Assembly: GCA_002256025.1 (NCBI GenBank)
Contig: NKIB01014993.1
Span: 1 to 38,992, forward strand
Direction: 5' to 3'
From: Asterionella formosa
Taxonomy: Eukaryota
DNA length: 38,992 nt
In this document: positions 1 to 12,300 of the stretch, piece after piece
How the letters are laid out: each line of letters opens with the position of its first letter
Position numbering within the stretch: the stretch's first letter is position 1
Translations under genes and position numbers: made by a program
The notes under the pieces: generated by a model
The model's database searches: none
What the model saw: only the letters and a program-made list of their open reading frames with translations
Told to the model about the DNA's origin: nothing

Positions 1-1167
1 TCTACATTAAATTTAATTCATGTAATTCCAACCTTTTTCTTTCAATATTACCTGGAGGTCTTTGCAAACTCATGTTAGCAATTCTTTCAAGAATAACATC
101 TCGAATGACAGAAGTACCAGGCATTACCTCCAATTTCTCAACCGTTGGCAAATATCCCCAACCAAGTGGAGAATTGTAGACTGGGGTGATTTTAGCTAAA
201 ATCTCCTGGATGTCATCTGCCTCATCACTTCCAGATAACCCAGAAATATCCTTATCAACTTTATTTTCGTCTATGACATAAATGTGCAAACGTGAAGCTA
301 TGCTACATCCATAGGCATGACGAATGTCAATGTAGCTGCCTCCAGCCAACCATCGAATGCCAATGGCCAGCACAATTTCTGGGTAAATTGTAGTAGCTGT
401 ACCGCACTTGGAGAAATTCCCAATGACATCTCTCTCCAGCAAGTAAACCAACTTCTTAAAGGCTCGAAGGGACATTCTATAAGTCTTTTCAAATGCGTCC
501 TCATGACACAGCTTCTTGACATGAGAATGCCATGACATTCTCTCATGCTCCCATTTCGCCTTCCTCTTTTTAACTTTCGTTTCAGCCTCCAGAGCCAGAT
601 GACAAAGGATAAAGAATTGATCATGGTCATCGTAATCAAAGAATTGATGGTTGTTTTCATTATCAAAAAATTGATTACTGATGACATCATTGCCATCGTT
701 GATATTCACGGCACCTTCTTCAGTCCAATGTTGATCCACTTGTTCGTCATTGTGCACTGACAATGATGACATGGTGCTGATTGCTTGTAAACCTGAAAGG
801 GGATGATGGCAAGCGGAAGTGTAAGAAGAAGTGTATAGACGATCTTGCATGTCTGTGTTGACTCATGGCAAATCAAGAATTAAGCAGGTATGTCAGCTAT
901 ATATTCCATACTGCTACATAATACGCGTAGTTTTCCTACATGGTTTTAGTAATGGAAAATTATCGAAATAGTCTGGAGGGAAGCCTGGAGGGATATGCAA
1001 ATGATTGTAGCCAGCCCGTAACCGTTAAATTTTCGTGATACTTTTTGGTGATACAATTTCATTTTTATTTTTGTGGAGAATGGATTTTTTCGGTTTAAAT
1101 CGAGTAGCCGTTACATGATACTTTTTCAAAAAAAATGATACCAAATCGAAAATGATAAGAACGACCC
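1..1167 (-). mobile_element. One end of a non-autonomous PIF/Harbinger element (other end lies outside the window)
   Basis: Minus strand reads TAA|GGGTCGTTCTTATCA at 1170-1153, i.e. a GGG-starting terminus next to a TTA/TAA target. Subterminal TGATAC motifs occur at ~1036, 1049, 1117 and 1136, and the transposase ORF lies inside. Confidence 0.55.
2..850 (-). pseudogene. PIF/Harbinger transposase, internally deleted (N-terminal region fused in frame to the C-terminus, no DDE core)
   Basis: Harbinger-like motifs 'FEKTYRMSLRAFKKLV' and 'IYPEIVLAIGIRWLAGGSYIDI' run straight into the C-terminal 'RLHIYVIDE' (LHN motif). The GCxGAIDG / NVQAVCD / GDxAY catalytic region is absent. Confidence 0.75.
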
Positions 1168-1388
1168 TTAGAATAACGATGGAAATGCATCATCTTTTTG
1201 TTGTTGGGATTCTAAAAGCAATGCCTTCTATGTTCATACTATACTATCAGGAGTAACATAGATGTACCTGGTACCTGGTACTCCGTACATGATAAAAACT
1301 GTGAATTCGGCATTGATGCCTTAAAAAAATTCATTGCTATCTACTTCGTGATATTGCTACCTACATGTACCAGTACTATCGTAAAAAT

Positions 1389-1490
1389 GCTGACTTCAAC
1401 TTGCCAACTGCTGACTGCTGACTTGATTTGCTGAAAATTTGAAAAATCTCTGACTACTGGCTTCAACTTACTGACTGCTGACTTCAAGTT
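1389..1490. repeat. Short array of (CT)GCTGAC/CTGACT motifs, probably transposon subterminal repeats
   Basis: tgctgacttc, ctgctgactgctgactt, ctgactactgg and ctgactgctgacttc occur within ~100 bp. Confidence 0.5.
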
Positions 1491-1523
1491 CATTTTGACA
1501 ATAAAGCGAGTAACGGCTTAACA

Positions 1524-4387
1524 TCTATCTAAACAACTATTTAAAGAATATTGGAGTGGCTCAAAATTTAGGGGTTCGACAATTTTTGGGGTATACCCCT
1601 TCTTTTTTCTCGTACGTGAATCGATGAACAGAAGACGAGCAACCTGCACGCTATGTGCGCTGAATACCGGACCTTCCCGGGACTTTTCCCAAACAGGGTT
1701 GAAAAAGAGAAATCTACCGGTTTTTGTAAATTCAACTACCAATGGGCATTTGCACCACAATTGCACCACTAGTACTTAGAGAAACCAAAATCGCACCATC
1801 AGACTACCCATATATTAAATCCTTGCTACTGCCTGCACCACCGTAGTGATATTGTCTACATAGAATCACGATCAGATTCACATAAGACATGTATTTTGTT
1901 GTAGTAGCCAACGGCTGTAGGCTACCCGGTACATACATGTAATGGGACATACCAGTACTAATAAAATATTGCAAGCATTTTGTATCATATGTATAGGTTA
2001 GTAGCTACTGGTAATGAATTTTTAATTAAGGCACTCCTTGCTGACGTCATATTGTCGCTGCACCACATTGCACTACCATAGACCTACTGGGACTTTTCCC
2101 AAAACGGGATGAAACAGTAAAAGCTATATTAGTAAACAAATTCAATTGCCCATCAGCTTTTGCACCACAAGCAATTGCACCGCTGTACTTAGAGTAGCCT
2201 GAATTGCACCAGACTAAATCAAATCCGTGCTACTATCTTAATATTCATAACTATATAGGAATACACATGATCCTCAAAATTACAGCCCACAAATATTTGT
2301 TCAACACTTAACTTGCCAATTTCGCATCCATATACTTGAATTGTCAGAATGAGTAAGAAGAATACATGCAGTGAGACTAAAAAGCTTGCCAATCTACCTC
2401 GGGATGTCTTGTATGCCAAGGATATACGTAGCCCAAGGAATTCTGAATGCTTCTTTGGAAAAATTAAAAAATATATCTGTTGACAGACACTTGGTTAAAT
2501 TGACTGGTAAAAGTGCACTATGATATTGCGCAGAGATAAGCTATGAGGTTCACTTTTGTTGCTTTACAAATTTCTTCAAGTTGATTGGTGTATATGAGTC
2601 ACTGTTGATCCTTAGGGACAAATGTCCTGCAAACTGTCTATCCATGAAGGTAGAATCCCTTGTAATGTATGTATGGTGGAAATACAATGCATCTAGTATG
2701 ACATAATTGGATCTTGGAGGAAAGAAAGTGGTTGATGTCATGGGGATTGGAATGCCCCTGAAAAGCGCAAGGGATTTCATGCTGCAGTATGGTGCATTCA
2801 TAAGGCTCACAATCAAACTGGTAACTTCGTACAGGCTTGTCAAGATTGTTGTGTTGATATGCCCTTTGATGAGTGGTATAAGGGATGCAGTACCCACAAG
2901 CAGGGTCATCTTGTTGCCCTACTTAGACCTGGTAAGCCTGCTGACGATTCAGTCTTTTCAGATTGTTTGGATAGAATATGGATGGAAAGACGAGACTAGT
3001 ACTCAAGGCAACCTACCGAGCAGCTCCAACCTTACTGGGTACAACAGTTGTGTGATCTTCTCTTGTACAGAAATTCCTTAATTGACTTGCAAAAACATTT
3101 ACAGTCATCCAGGTTTCTACTATTTGTCTGTTTCTTCGCTTTGATGACTTTGTGGACATCGAGCTAGACCATTTTGAAGGAAAGAGTTGTGTCTTTGATG
3201 ATGCTGGAAATATCCGATCTCTATGTCTAAAAGTCTTTAGGAAGTCAGACGAAAGCTGGGTGCATCAGTTCCTCTGGATCGATGAGTAATTCCCCGAGTT
3301 ATTATGTCCAGTGTCTCTCCTACTGTCTTATTTGCACTGTGCAAAGATCAAGGGAGGTTTTCTTTTTCCTACAGAGGACGAATTGAAATCTCCACCGGCA
3401 AATGGCATTTGCAGGTATGTGCCCTTGCTATGAGCTACTCCGTATGGCCACAGAATGCCAATGAACCACAGGTCGGTTTTTTGAACGAGCTAGCTAGCTA
3501 CCCCTCGTGCAGAAAAACCACGCGGCCTAATCAACAGTATGGTACGCGCACGAGTTATGAAGAATGAAGAAGATTGAATGTATTCCGATGCTATTACTGC
3601 TAGCTACTAAAATGAATCAAGATTCAATGAAAAGTGCTTCTACTAACACTATACTGCAATTGAAGTAACTGATGCTGCTACCATCCCCACGGCACCAAAG
3701 AAAAACCGGAAAAATGGGTCCATTGAATTTGACGAGATTTTTGAGGTTGCCAAAATGAAAAATTATCATGAGCAGGCAGCTTGAATAGATCTTGAATTTT
3801 TAGAGCAAAATGGAGCGTCTCCTCCAATCAGATGTGACTGAAAGGATGCGACTCTTTGATGTAAAATTAAAAAGCCGATCATCAAGTGCTTCCGGAATCA
3901 TTGCGATGGAAACAGAGAGACTTTCGATGGCCTCAATTCCCACTTCCTCTACTCAAAATTCTCCAATGGCTGCGGATGTATCAAAGGTTGATTGTAGAGT
4001 TTAAATTGGTTAGTAAAATCAAAGAAATAGTATGGCAACTATAGCAACAACCAGTGACCGATTTCAACCATCACATTTGGTGAGTTTGTTATTTTCATTT
4101 CTGTGCTGATGTGCATATTGCAACGTTGGAGTAGAATATTGAACAGGTGCACATGCGCAAAAATAATTTTACAGAAATGACTCCGTGCTGACTTCATGTC
4201 ATCGCTGCACCACATTACACCACCATATACCTACCTATTGTAGAAGCATATTTTCTTCAAACGTTGTTATTGAATTTTGTTCTTATGAACTCTGTTGCTG
4301 GTCAAAAGTCCTGGCGCAGCCATGGATTCCTCTTTGTACCACAACAACTTACAATCTACGCGAAACGACCTGGCTTAGTCTTGCTAA
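1524..4387 (+). mobile_element. Possible non-autonomous Helitron/Helentron-like element carrying decayed captured sequence
   Basis: 5' end A|TCTATCTAAACAACTATTTAAAG. 3' end is GC-rich 'ACGCGAAACGACCTGGC' followed by CTAA|T (CTRR|T). Internal repeats link the two ends (1675-1830 ~ 2085-2235; 2030-2088 ~ 4178-4238). The 3' hairpin is weak. Confidence 0.35.
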
Positions 4388-4754
4388 TAGTGTGTCCAAA
4401 CCAATTTCTGAGGCTTCAAGTGTGCCTTTGCTTGAACAAATACGACAAGAAGGATAGGGTACAGCCAATAGTCACTCCTACTACTAGCTAGCTAATAGCA
4501 CATACACTGGATGACCTACTAGACTTCGACTAGAATAATAAGTATGTATCTGGATTTGTATTGAAAAAATCAACTGATCGGCTGATTTGAATAGTTCATT
4601 TTTAAAAATGGTGATTTGTCTTTTCTTCACCAATTATGCAATTACCCTAAAAATATTTAGAAGGGTGTTAAATCTGGGCATAATGATGAAAATTTTTTCA
4701 TTATGGCTTCCTCAATTTCTTTGGTGTCATCCTTATATTCTGGGTTATTCAATG

Positions 4755-4948
4755 TAGACGACGAGGAGGAGACATTTGTAACATGTTGGTTTACTGGCGA
4801 GGGATGACTAATGATAGATGCAAAAATTTGATATTAGAATTTACTTTGACACTGAGCATTCCCATCCATTTCTTGGAATAAGTTGTGGACGCCGACGAGG
4901 AGACACTCGAACATGCTACTTTACTGGTGAAGAGTGATGACAAATGAA
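4755..4948. repeat. Degenerate ~60-bp direct repeat pair, ~130 bp apart
   Basis: gacgacgaggaggagacatttgtaacatgttggtttactggcgagggatgactaatga versus gacgccgacgaggagacactcgaacatgctactttactggtgaagagtgatgacaaatga. Confidence 0.6.
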
Positions 4949-6309
4949 TGATATATAGATTGAGTTGTTGGTCTATCGGGCTGACAAATCAGCATGATAA
5001 ATTGGAGGAAGATCCAAAATAATGAGATTGTTGTTTGCTTTTGGCATTTCAAACCATGCATTCGAGTTGCGCTGTGCTATGGGAGGGACTTACTAGCTAG
5101 GGTGGGTGATTAAGACTATAAATTGCATGAGACTTGGCAACGCTTTAGACTGCTACTCTGATTTGCATTCAAAGAATTATGCGCTTCACCGCTGCAAAAT
5201 TCCCACTGATTCGACCTCTCGTGGTTGTTGTCTTCTCCCATTGATTTAGCATCCGCTGACACTTGAATGTTCAATCCACCTCTAAAGCTAGTAGACCTTA
5301 ATAGTCGCGTTGTCACTATATCTCTCTCTCAGGTTGGAATCATTCGATTCGATTTGCGTGGTTGTCTAGTATGGTGCTTGCGTGGCATAGTCACATCATG
5401 TCCGTCCTTCTCCAAAATATTAATTGCGATGAATTTATATTTCAGAAATTACTTTAATTAGCAATTGAGAGTTTATACTTACGTCATTTTAAATCATATG
5501 AAACGCATTTTTCCCGGATGCTGATCCTTGCGTGGTAGAAAAATGGTATATTTTGTATGTAATCTGTCCTAAAAATAAGCTGCATGGCACTTGAGTTTTC
5601 AACCAGAGGGTGTACCAGGGTACCAGGTTTTTCTACTTGTGGGTCGGCTTTCTTGAAAAATGCGTTATTTTTTATGAGGTACATCGACAAAAGTATTTAC
5701 CGGTACCATGCTCCTGTAATGAAAGTACTAGCTTCTAAATAAATTGTTCGAAGCCAACTTTACCTAACTTTTTTTAAATTTGGCTCATGCATGTATCAAG
5801 CAATGGGCCTGCGTTGATTGAGCTATTATGATTTCATTCATCATCATCATCAACATCATCATCGTCAATATTATCGTCATTGTTATTTTCAAAATGTATG
5901 TTCATTTGGGTGACATGCACGCATGCCTGTCCCTGATGCTGGTCAGATCCTTGGCTTGAATTTAAAAATGGAGTAATTCTAAAAGAGATACATTTTTGGA
6001 TCTTTTTTACTGAGATACATTTGACAATATATCTCAGATAAGCCAAAACATATCGCCGCTTTTTTCGTGTCTCCTCAAACATGTGCATCAGACTCAGGAA
6101 CATCATACCGATGTGCTCTTCAATTTTATAATCTGTCAGATGATCGTCATCATTACTCCGACAACTATGAAAATTCGACCAGATGAAGTTGACAGCTAAA
6201 AAAGTTGAACTGTCATTGACACTCTTGATTAGAAAAGGAAATAAAACAACAACTGAGCGTTCTATTTCTTGCAGCAGTTGCATTATTATTTTTGCAATCC
6301 TCCTGTGGC

Positions 6310-7040
6310 GACTCGAAGTCAGTGCGATCACCAAAATGGGAGCATCAACGACTAGACTGGAATGATCATATCATGAAGGTTTCATCATGAATACTGCGAG
6401 TTCTTTATATTTTTCAATCACCTACTGGAACTACTTCGACCTTTCGTCAAAGTTGATGCTCCTGTCAACTCAAATTCAAGTTCCGGTATAACATTACAAA
6501 TCAGCATATTTATCCACCAGGGTTGATCCTCACCACCGGCCTTCACTGACTTGCCGGCAGAAACGCACCTAATTGGTATTTGCTGTATCTTTGGAGTTCT
6601 TGTTCCTTGATGCTGTAATCTCCTGCAGAGCATCATCAATTAAATTCCAAACAAAAAGCAAAGAGCAAAAGAAGAAGTGATGAATGGCTTGATTTCTTGA
6701 AAAAAGCGAGCAACAAAAATTTCGTGGATGCATTGTTGTTATAATAGCTAAATGGGTTTTTACATCCTATCACCAAACCAAGACAAAGGTATTGTGATGG
6801 CTTCTTCAAGCATATTGGTTTTGGCATAATATGTCAAATGGATGAAATGTTCAAGCTGTTCGTGATAGGAATTGTTGTTTCTTATACTTTGGTGTAATGT
6901 CACCACCAGGAAAATGTCCAGATCAGAAGGCATGTGACAGAACACAGCTTTTCATATTATTTCTAACCTTCTTCCATAACGACAATACATAGTAGGTGAT
7001 TCTGTTTACACGTTGACTGATCAAGTATAATGTCTCTTTT
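6310..7040 (+). pseudogene. Heavily decayed PIF/Harbinger (DDE_Tnp_4) transposase
   Basis: Manual translation across frameshifts gives KWEHQRLDWNDH, IYPPGLILTTGLH*LAG, FRGCIV, GFLHPITKP, NVQAVRDRNCCFLYFGV, PGKCPDQKA and YIVGDSVYTL in the canonical order. The N-terminal motifs match the ORF at 2-850. Confidence 0.75.
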
Positions 7041-7916
7041 TGTCATCGTCATTCTTCCCTGCTGTCAATGAAAAAATCAGCAGTAGTGGTACTCCTTACA
7101 ACCCACTAATCTTCCAGTTTCCTAGGGATGGAGTAACTTTCATTGTCTGAAGAATCACATGATGCCATGAGAGGAAAAATACAACAAGTGCAACTAATAG
7201 CTATATATAAATAGTGCAATTTTTTGCAAGTGATCAAACACATAATTACTTGAGCATAGCAATACTAATTGCTGTTGATCCCTCCTCCTAAAAATCATTT
7301 CTGTTGTTGCCACTAGTAGTAGGGATGATGGTGTCGTTGTCGACTAATTTAATTACAAAACATACATTAGTTTTGTAATAATAGTGCTGTTGCTTAATGC
7401 TGCATTCTGCAGTGATACACACAGAAACACATCTCCGAGCAGGAACAAAAAAGTGCGGTTGCTGGAAGCAATATATCATCCAGATGTATGTGCAACAAAA
7501 ATTTAAGCCGAGCTGAAAACACTTTTCATTTTGTATCTTTATATCAGTCTACGTACAGGTAGCATATAGATTATGTCAAGAATATAGGATCAATGGCTAT
7601 AACGAGTCACGAGGACTGTGGACTCGACCATAGTCCAATGAGTCAAATGGTGCGTTCCCATGCCAAGAAGCTTGCTCATGAGACTGATGTTTTAGATCAA
7701 TCAGAAGAAGGTTTACATCAACGAAAAGGGAACAAGAAGAACAGGTTTTCAAAGTGTGATGAGTAGGATTGAAACTTAGTTTTAGTTTAAGCTTATAATT
7801 AAGAAACAGTGAGAATTGACAGAGTAAGGTCAATTGCGAAACTAGCATGAAGGCTAGCAGCAAAAGATAACAGTACTAGTAGCACAAGATGCAAGGCCTA
7901 CGTAAGAGGATACCCA

Positions 7917-9052
7917 TCTGGAAGGTGCGGTAATTGCGCCTTCTGCTCGCCTTTTTGGTTTCAGCCCGCCTGCAGGGCTTCGAAACCACAACAGACCGAC
8001 GGAGTCGGAGTCGGCTGACTTTCTAGCCAATGATTTTTTCTTAAGTAAATTCAAATTATAATCGTAACTACGAAAAGGTAATAACTGCTAAGCAAACTGA
8101 GCCAGCTCATAGTGAGCAAATTGTTTTAGCAATGAGCAAATGCTCTGAGCAATGATCAAATGCTAGGAGTGATGAGCAAAATTTTCTCGTAGTGAGCAAA
8201 AAATTTAGCGATTGAGAAAAAAATTCCGGATTGAGCAAAATCGATAAGGATAAAGAGAAAGCAAAAAGTCATGGGCAAAAATAAAACCTTGTAATTTTTA
8301 GGCTGAAACAATTTCGTCTTCATTTTTCTGAATTAGAGCAACAATTAAATACCAGTAGTAAATTCTATGTAATACCGGTCATTGAGCAATTTTAATTATA
8401 CCACCGCTATTTGCTTGAATGAGGGGCCAGGAGGTTGTAGGCCGAGTAATAGCAAAAGCCTGACCCTATGTATGTATTTACCAGTAGTATTTTGCGCCTA
8501 AAAACCCTTGTTAAAATCGCATTGACCATGTTGATATTATTCTGTTGGTTTACTCATTAATTTTGCAACCTCCCATGCCACTTGATTTATCAACATAGCC
8601 GCCATGATCAGCGCTTTCAGTAAATGCATCAAGCGGCACGGGAGCACACGATTTCGTTTACATACGACCTATTTAGTGTTGAGCATCGCAAATCCACGCC
8701 TACATGAGCAACCAAATCACGTGCAAAACCTCTTGAGCTTGACAGTAAGGTACCAGGTACCGGTACCTGGAGTTGAAACTGTACAGGAATTCCTCAAATA
8801 GGGTGCTATAGCAGTTACAACATAGCTACTTCAGCGATTTCTCAACCATCGCTGTGCAATGGACTTCGATTTCAAGGTCATCATGAATGAACTCAACCAT
8901 GACAAACAACGAGATCGGATGGTAAAATTATTTTTATGTCTTCATACAATTTGTTCATGCGTGGCTCCAACGGTTGGTCGTAATTGCAAAGCCCTGCAGG
9001 CGGGCTGAAACTAAAAAAGCGCGCAGTTTGCGCAATTATAGTACCTTCCAGA
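7917..9052. mobile_element. Non-autonomous DNA transposon with ~90-bp terminal inverted repeats
   Basis: Left end TCTGGAAGGTGCGGTAATTGCGCC...GTTTCAGCCCGCCTGCAGGGCTT. The reverse complement of 8960-9052 reads TCTGGAAGGTACTATAATTGCGCA...GTTTCAGCCCGCCTGCAGGGCTT. No convincing ORF inside and no TSD found. Confidence 0.8.
8088..8280 (+). repeat. Array of TGAGCAAA motifs with ~20-bp spacing inside the long-TIR element
   Basis: About 9 TGAGCAAA/TGATCAAA/TGAGAAAA-like motifs in under 200 bp. Confidence 0.7.
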
Positions 9053-9324
9053 CAGGAAGGAGTAGACTACGTGACCTTTTGACAAGATTATACTACTGGC
9101 ATGTATATACATACCGGTATGTAGGACCTATTTTTGTTGATGTGTGATAATAGCCACTCATTGTTTGCAACGAGCGAATAAATTATTATTTTTTATTTTA
9201 GAAGCAACCATATTCCATGTATCGGTGTATTGCACACAATGTGTTAATAAAAAATACGTGAGTGATTGGGGCCCTCCATTACTTGTTGACCCACTCTTGC
9301 TTGTGCACCTATTCACTGCTGCCA

Positions 9325-12300
9325 ATGAATTTCTCCTCGTCGCATTGGAAACCCGTTGACGTGGGTCTCCCTGATGAAAGTGATTTCGAGCAAACAAGGA
9401 ATCATTATGACGACTCGAAGCTCAGCAAGCGAGCCACTCACGACCTAGAGAGTGATCCTGGCGAAGACGTTGCCATGTTTTTCGGCCTTGAAGTTATTGA
9501 TGGAAGCCACTATCACGTCACTACGAAGGGAACCACTAAAAAAGTTATATTTCATGACGCGCAACCAGACAGTGCTATTGATGCGGCCAATAGAGGAAAA
9601 CAGAAAGGAATCAAACGAACCCTACAGGCAGCCCCCTCACCCGAAGGCTCCAAAGATCTGCCTGAAGCCAACGAGACGGGAAAGATAGAATCAAAGAGTC
9701 CAGATCGCGAAGATTGTGATCCCGTCATTTCAAATTCAAGAGATTCACAACGAAATGCTGTTTCTACTGAGAACATCAAACCCAAAAGAAGCAAGTCCAA
9801 GAAATTGAAGGATAAAGAAAAGGAAGTTTCAAGAAACGACTCAAATATGGACCCTATTCTCGTATCTAGATTGCAAAACTCTTGGATGACAGAAACAGGC
9901 GGAGTTTTGCTGAAAGAATCCATTTGTGAGCGACTCATGAAGCAAGGCTTTGAGCGCCCGACTCCGATCCAAGCTGCCACTCTCGCAGCTTCTATTCTTG
10001 GTCGCCGCAATATCGTTGGCGCAGCTCCCACAGGATCAGGAAAGACACTGGCTTACCTTCTTCCCATTCTGCAGGAATTAAACGAGGAATCCGTTCTACA
10101 AGCACTCATTCTAACCCCAACTAGAGAACTAGCACTTCAAGTTTCGCAAGAGTGCAGCAAATTGGCACCTAAATCTTGTGGCACATTAGTAGGTGGCTTG
10201 GCTTTGGCGAAACAGGCCAGAGTATTGACACAGAGACCACCAATTTTGGTTGCTACAGCCGGACGTTTATGGGAATTGGTAAGTTGATCCTCCGCCAATT
10301 TCACTTCTGAAACGTTTCATTGCTCCTAACACATTTTTTTCCATTTCTTCGTTCATGCATCAGATGTCAAGCAAGGAGCATCTACATCTAAATGAACTTT
10401 CAAAAATTCGTTTCTTAGTTGTTGACGAAGCGGATCGAATGATACAACAAGGTAGCTTTCCTCAGCTGGTGAAAATTCTAGACGCCATCCACGATGCTAA
10501 TCCACTTTACGACGAAGGCGAATCTGAAGACGACGAGGATGACGACGACGACGAGGATCGAATGTCTGGACTACCAGGAATTCCCGGAGAAGCTAAAGTT
10601 GTGATGCTGGGCGATTTGATGGAAAGAATCAATCAGCAAAAGGGATATGCACACCAAATCCTCGAGGAAATCAATGATGAGATTGAAAATACAACTGTGG
10701 ATAATGAAGAAAAAATTGAGAACCGAACAGACCTGGTATCCCTAACTCCACGGGTGAATCGTCAAACATTCGTATTTTCTGCAACATTGACTTTGCCACC
10801 TTCAGAATCATATATCGCAAAACAGGGTAGGAAAAGCAAGAAGAAGAATGTCCCTAAAAATCTGAGCATTGATGGCGCCATTGCGGAAATTCTCGAGAGG
10901 ACTCGTTCTCACGGCAAAACAAAAGTTGTCGATTTGACTTCATCCGATAATTTCCTTTCATTTGACAACAAAGAGGCAACAGCGACTGACAAAACAGGCA
11001 AACAAACCAAGGCCTTTTTGTCTGCAGAATCCTCACGACTTCCACCTGGATTGTCCCTACTTCAAATCCAGTGTACACAAAAGCACAAGGATTCTCACCT
11101 CTACGCATATCTTGTAACAACAACCCAAGGTGGATCAGGACCCTGCCTTATTTTCTGCAATTCAATAGCCGGTGTCCGCCGTGTTGGTTCAACCCTCCAA
11201 ACTTTGCGCCTACCGGTCCGCATGCTTCACGCAAACATGCCACAGGTGAGTACGACAGGAGACGGAAGCTATTGTGGCACACTAGCAGCTATGAGGATGA
11301 AACTTATGTGAACTCGAATAGGTTGGATCAAAATGATTTGAATCTTTTCTTTCGAAAAAGGTGGGAGTCAAGTGAACAATCTCTGAGCTAAATTTTCCGT
11401 CCAGATCATGCTCCCACCCTGCCAATAGTTGCTCTAACTCGCTGAATTTCTTCTTTGGTTTAATTAACAGAAAGCACGGTTCAAAGCCGTTGAATCCATT
11501 CAGCAGCCAAAGAGCAGAGATATTGTCGTAGCCACCGACGTTGCTGCTCGCGGCCTCGACATTCCTTCTGTCGCAACCGTAGTACACTATGACGTTGCAA
11601 GACAAGTGGATACATTTATCCATCGTGCTGGACGAACAGCGGTGAGTACCTTAGCACAATAGGAAGGGAAAACGAGTAAGCGAAAAAGACGATGATGATA
11701 AAAATTGGTTTCGGACTAGAGTTTCTGAACGTTCGGGGTAGTAGCCGACCATGAAGAAAATTGTATTCTCTTGGCTGTCTGAGTCTGACCTTTTCAGTTG
11801 GTCTCGTTGCAGCGGAAATGATACTTTTAGACTCACATTTCTTGTTTGACTCCTTTTCAGCGCGGTATGGGAGTAGGCGCCGTTGGGTCAAGCCTTTCCC
11901 TCGTTGCACCAGGGGAAGATAAAGCTCAAGATCGAATTTGTAAAGCGCTCGGCTCAAAGCGATTGTTCCAAGGGGTGCCTCTTGACGGGCGTCTTCTTTC
12001 CGAAGCGCAAGCACGTGTGAATTTAGCTTCAAAGATTGTGGAGTGCGAGGATCTTGAATCAAGAACGAGAAAGCAGAACCAATGGTTTCAGAAACTTGCT
12101 GACGAAGCTGGGTTGGAGGTTGATGATGGCCTGATAGAGGATGGGTTGGCCGGTGGAGATAAACGGGAACAACAGCAGCTGCAAACGGCATTGCAAGCTC
12201 GGTCCCAACTTCGTATATTGCTTGCCCAACCTATGACAACCCAACGATTTGGCAAGTTCCTTTCCTGTAACAGTGCTGCGTTAGCCCTCCCAATATCCCC

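Noticed and set aside
9262..9324. N-terminal extensions from GTG/TTG starts in the ORF track (also 29865 and 35650)
   Set aside because: Eukaryotic genes; the first in-frame ATGs (9325, 29898, 35713) fit the expected N-termini.
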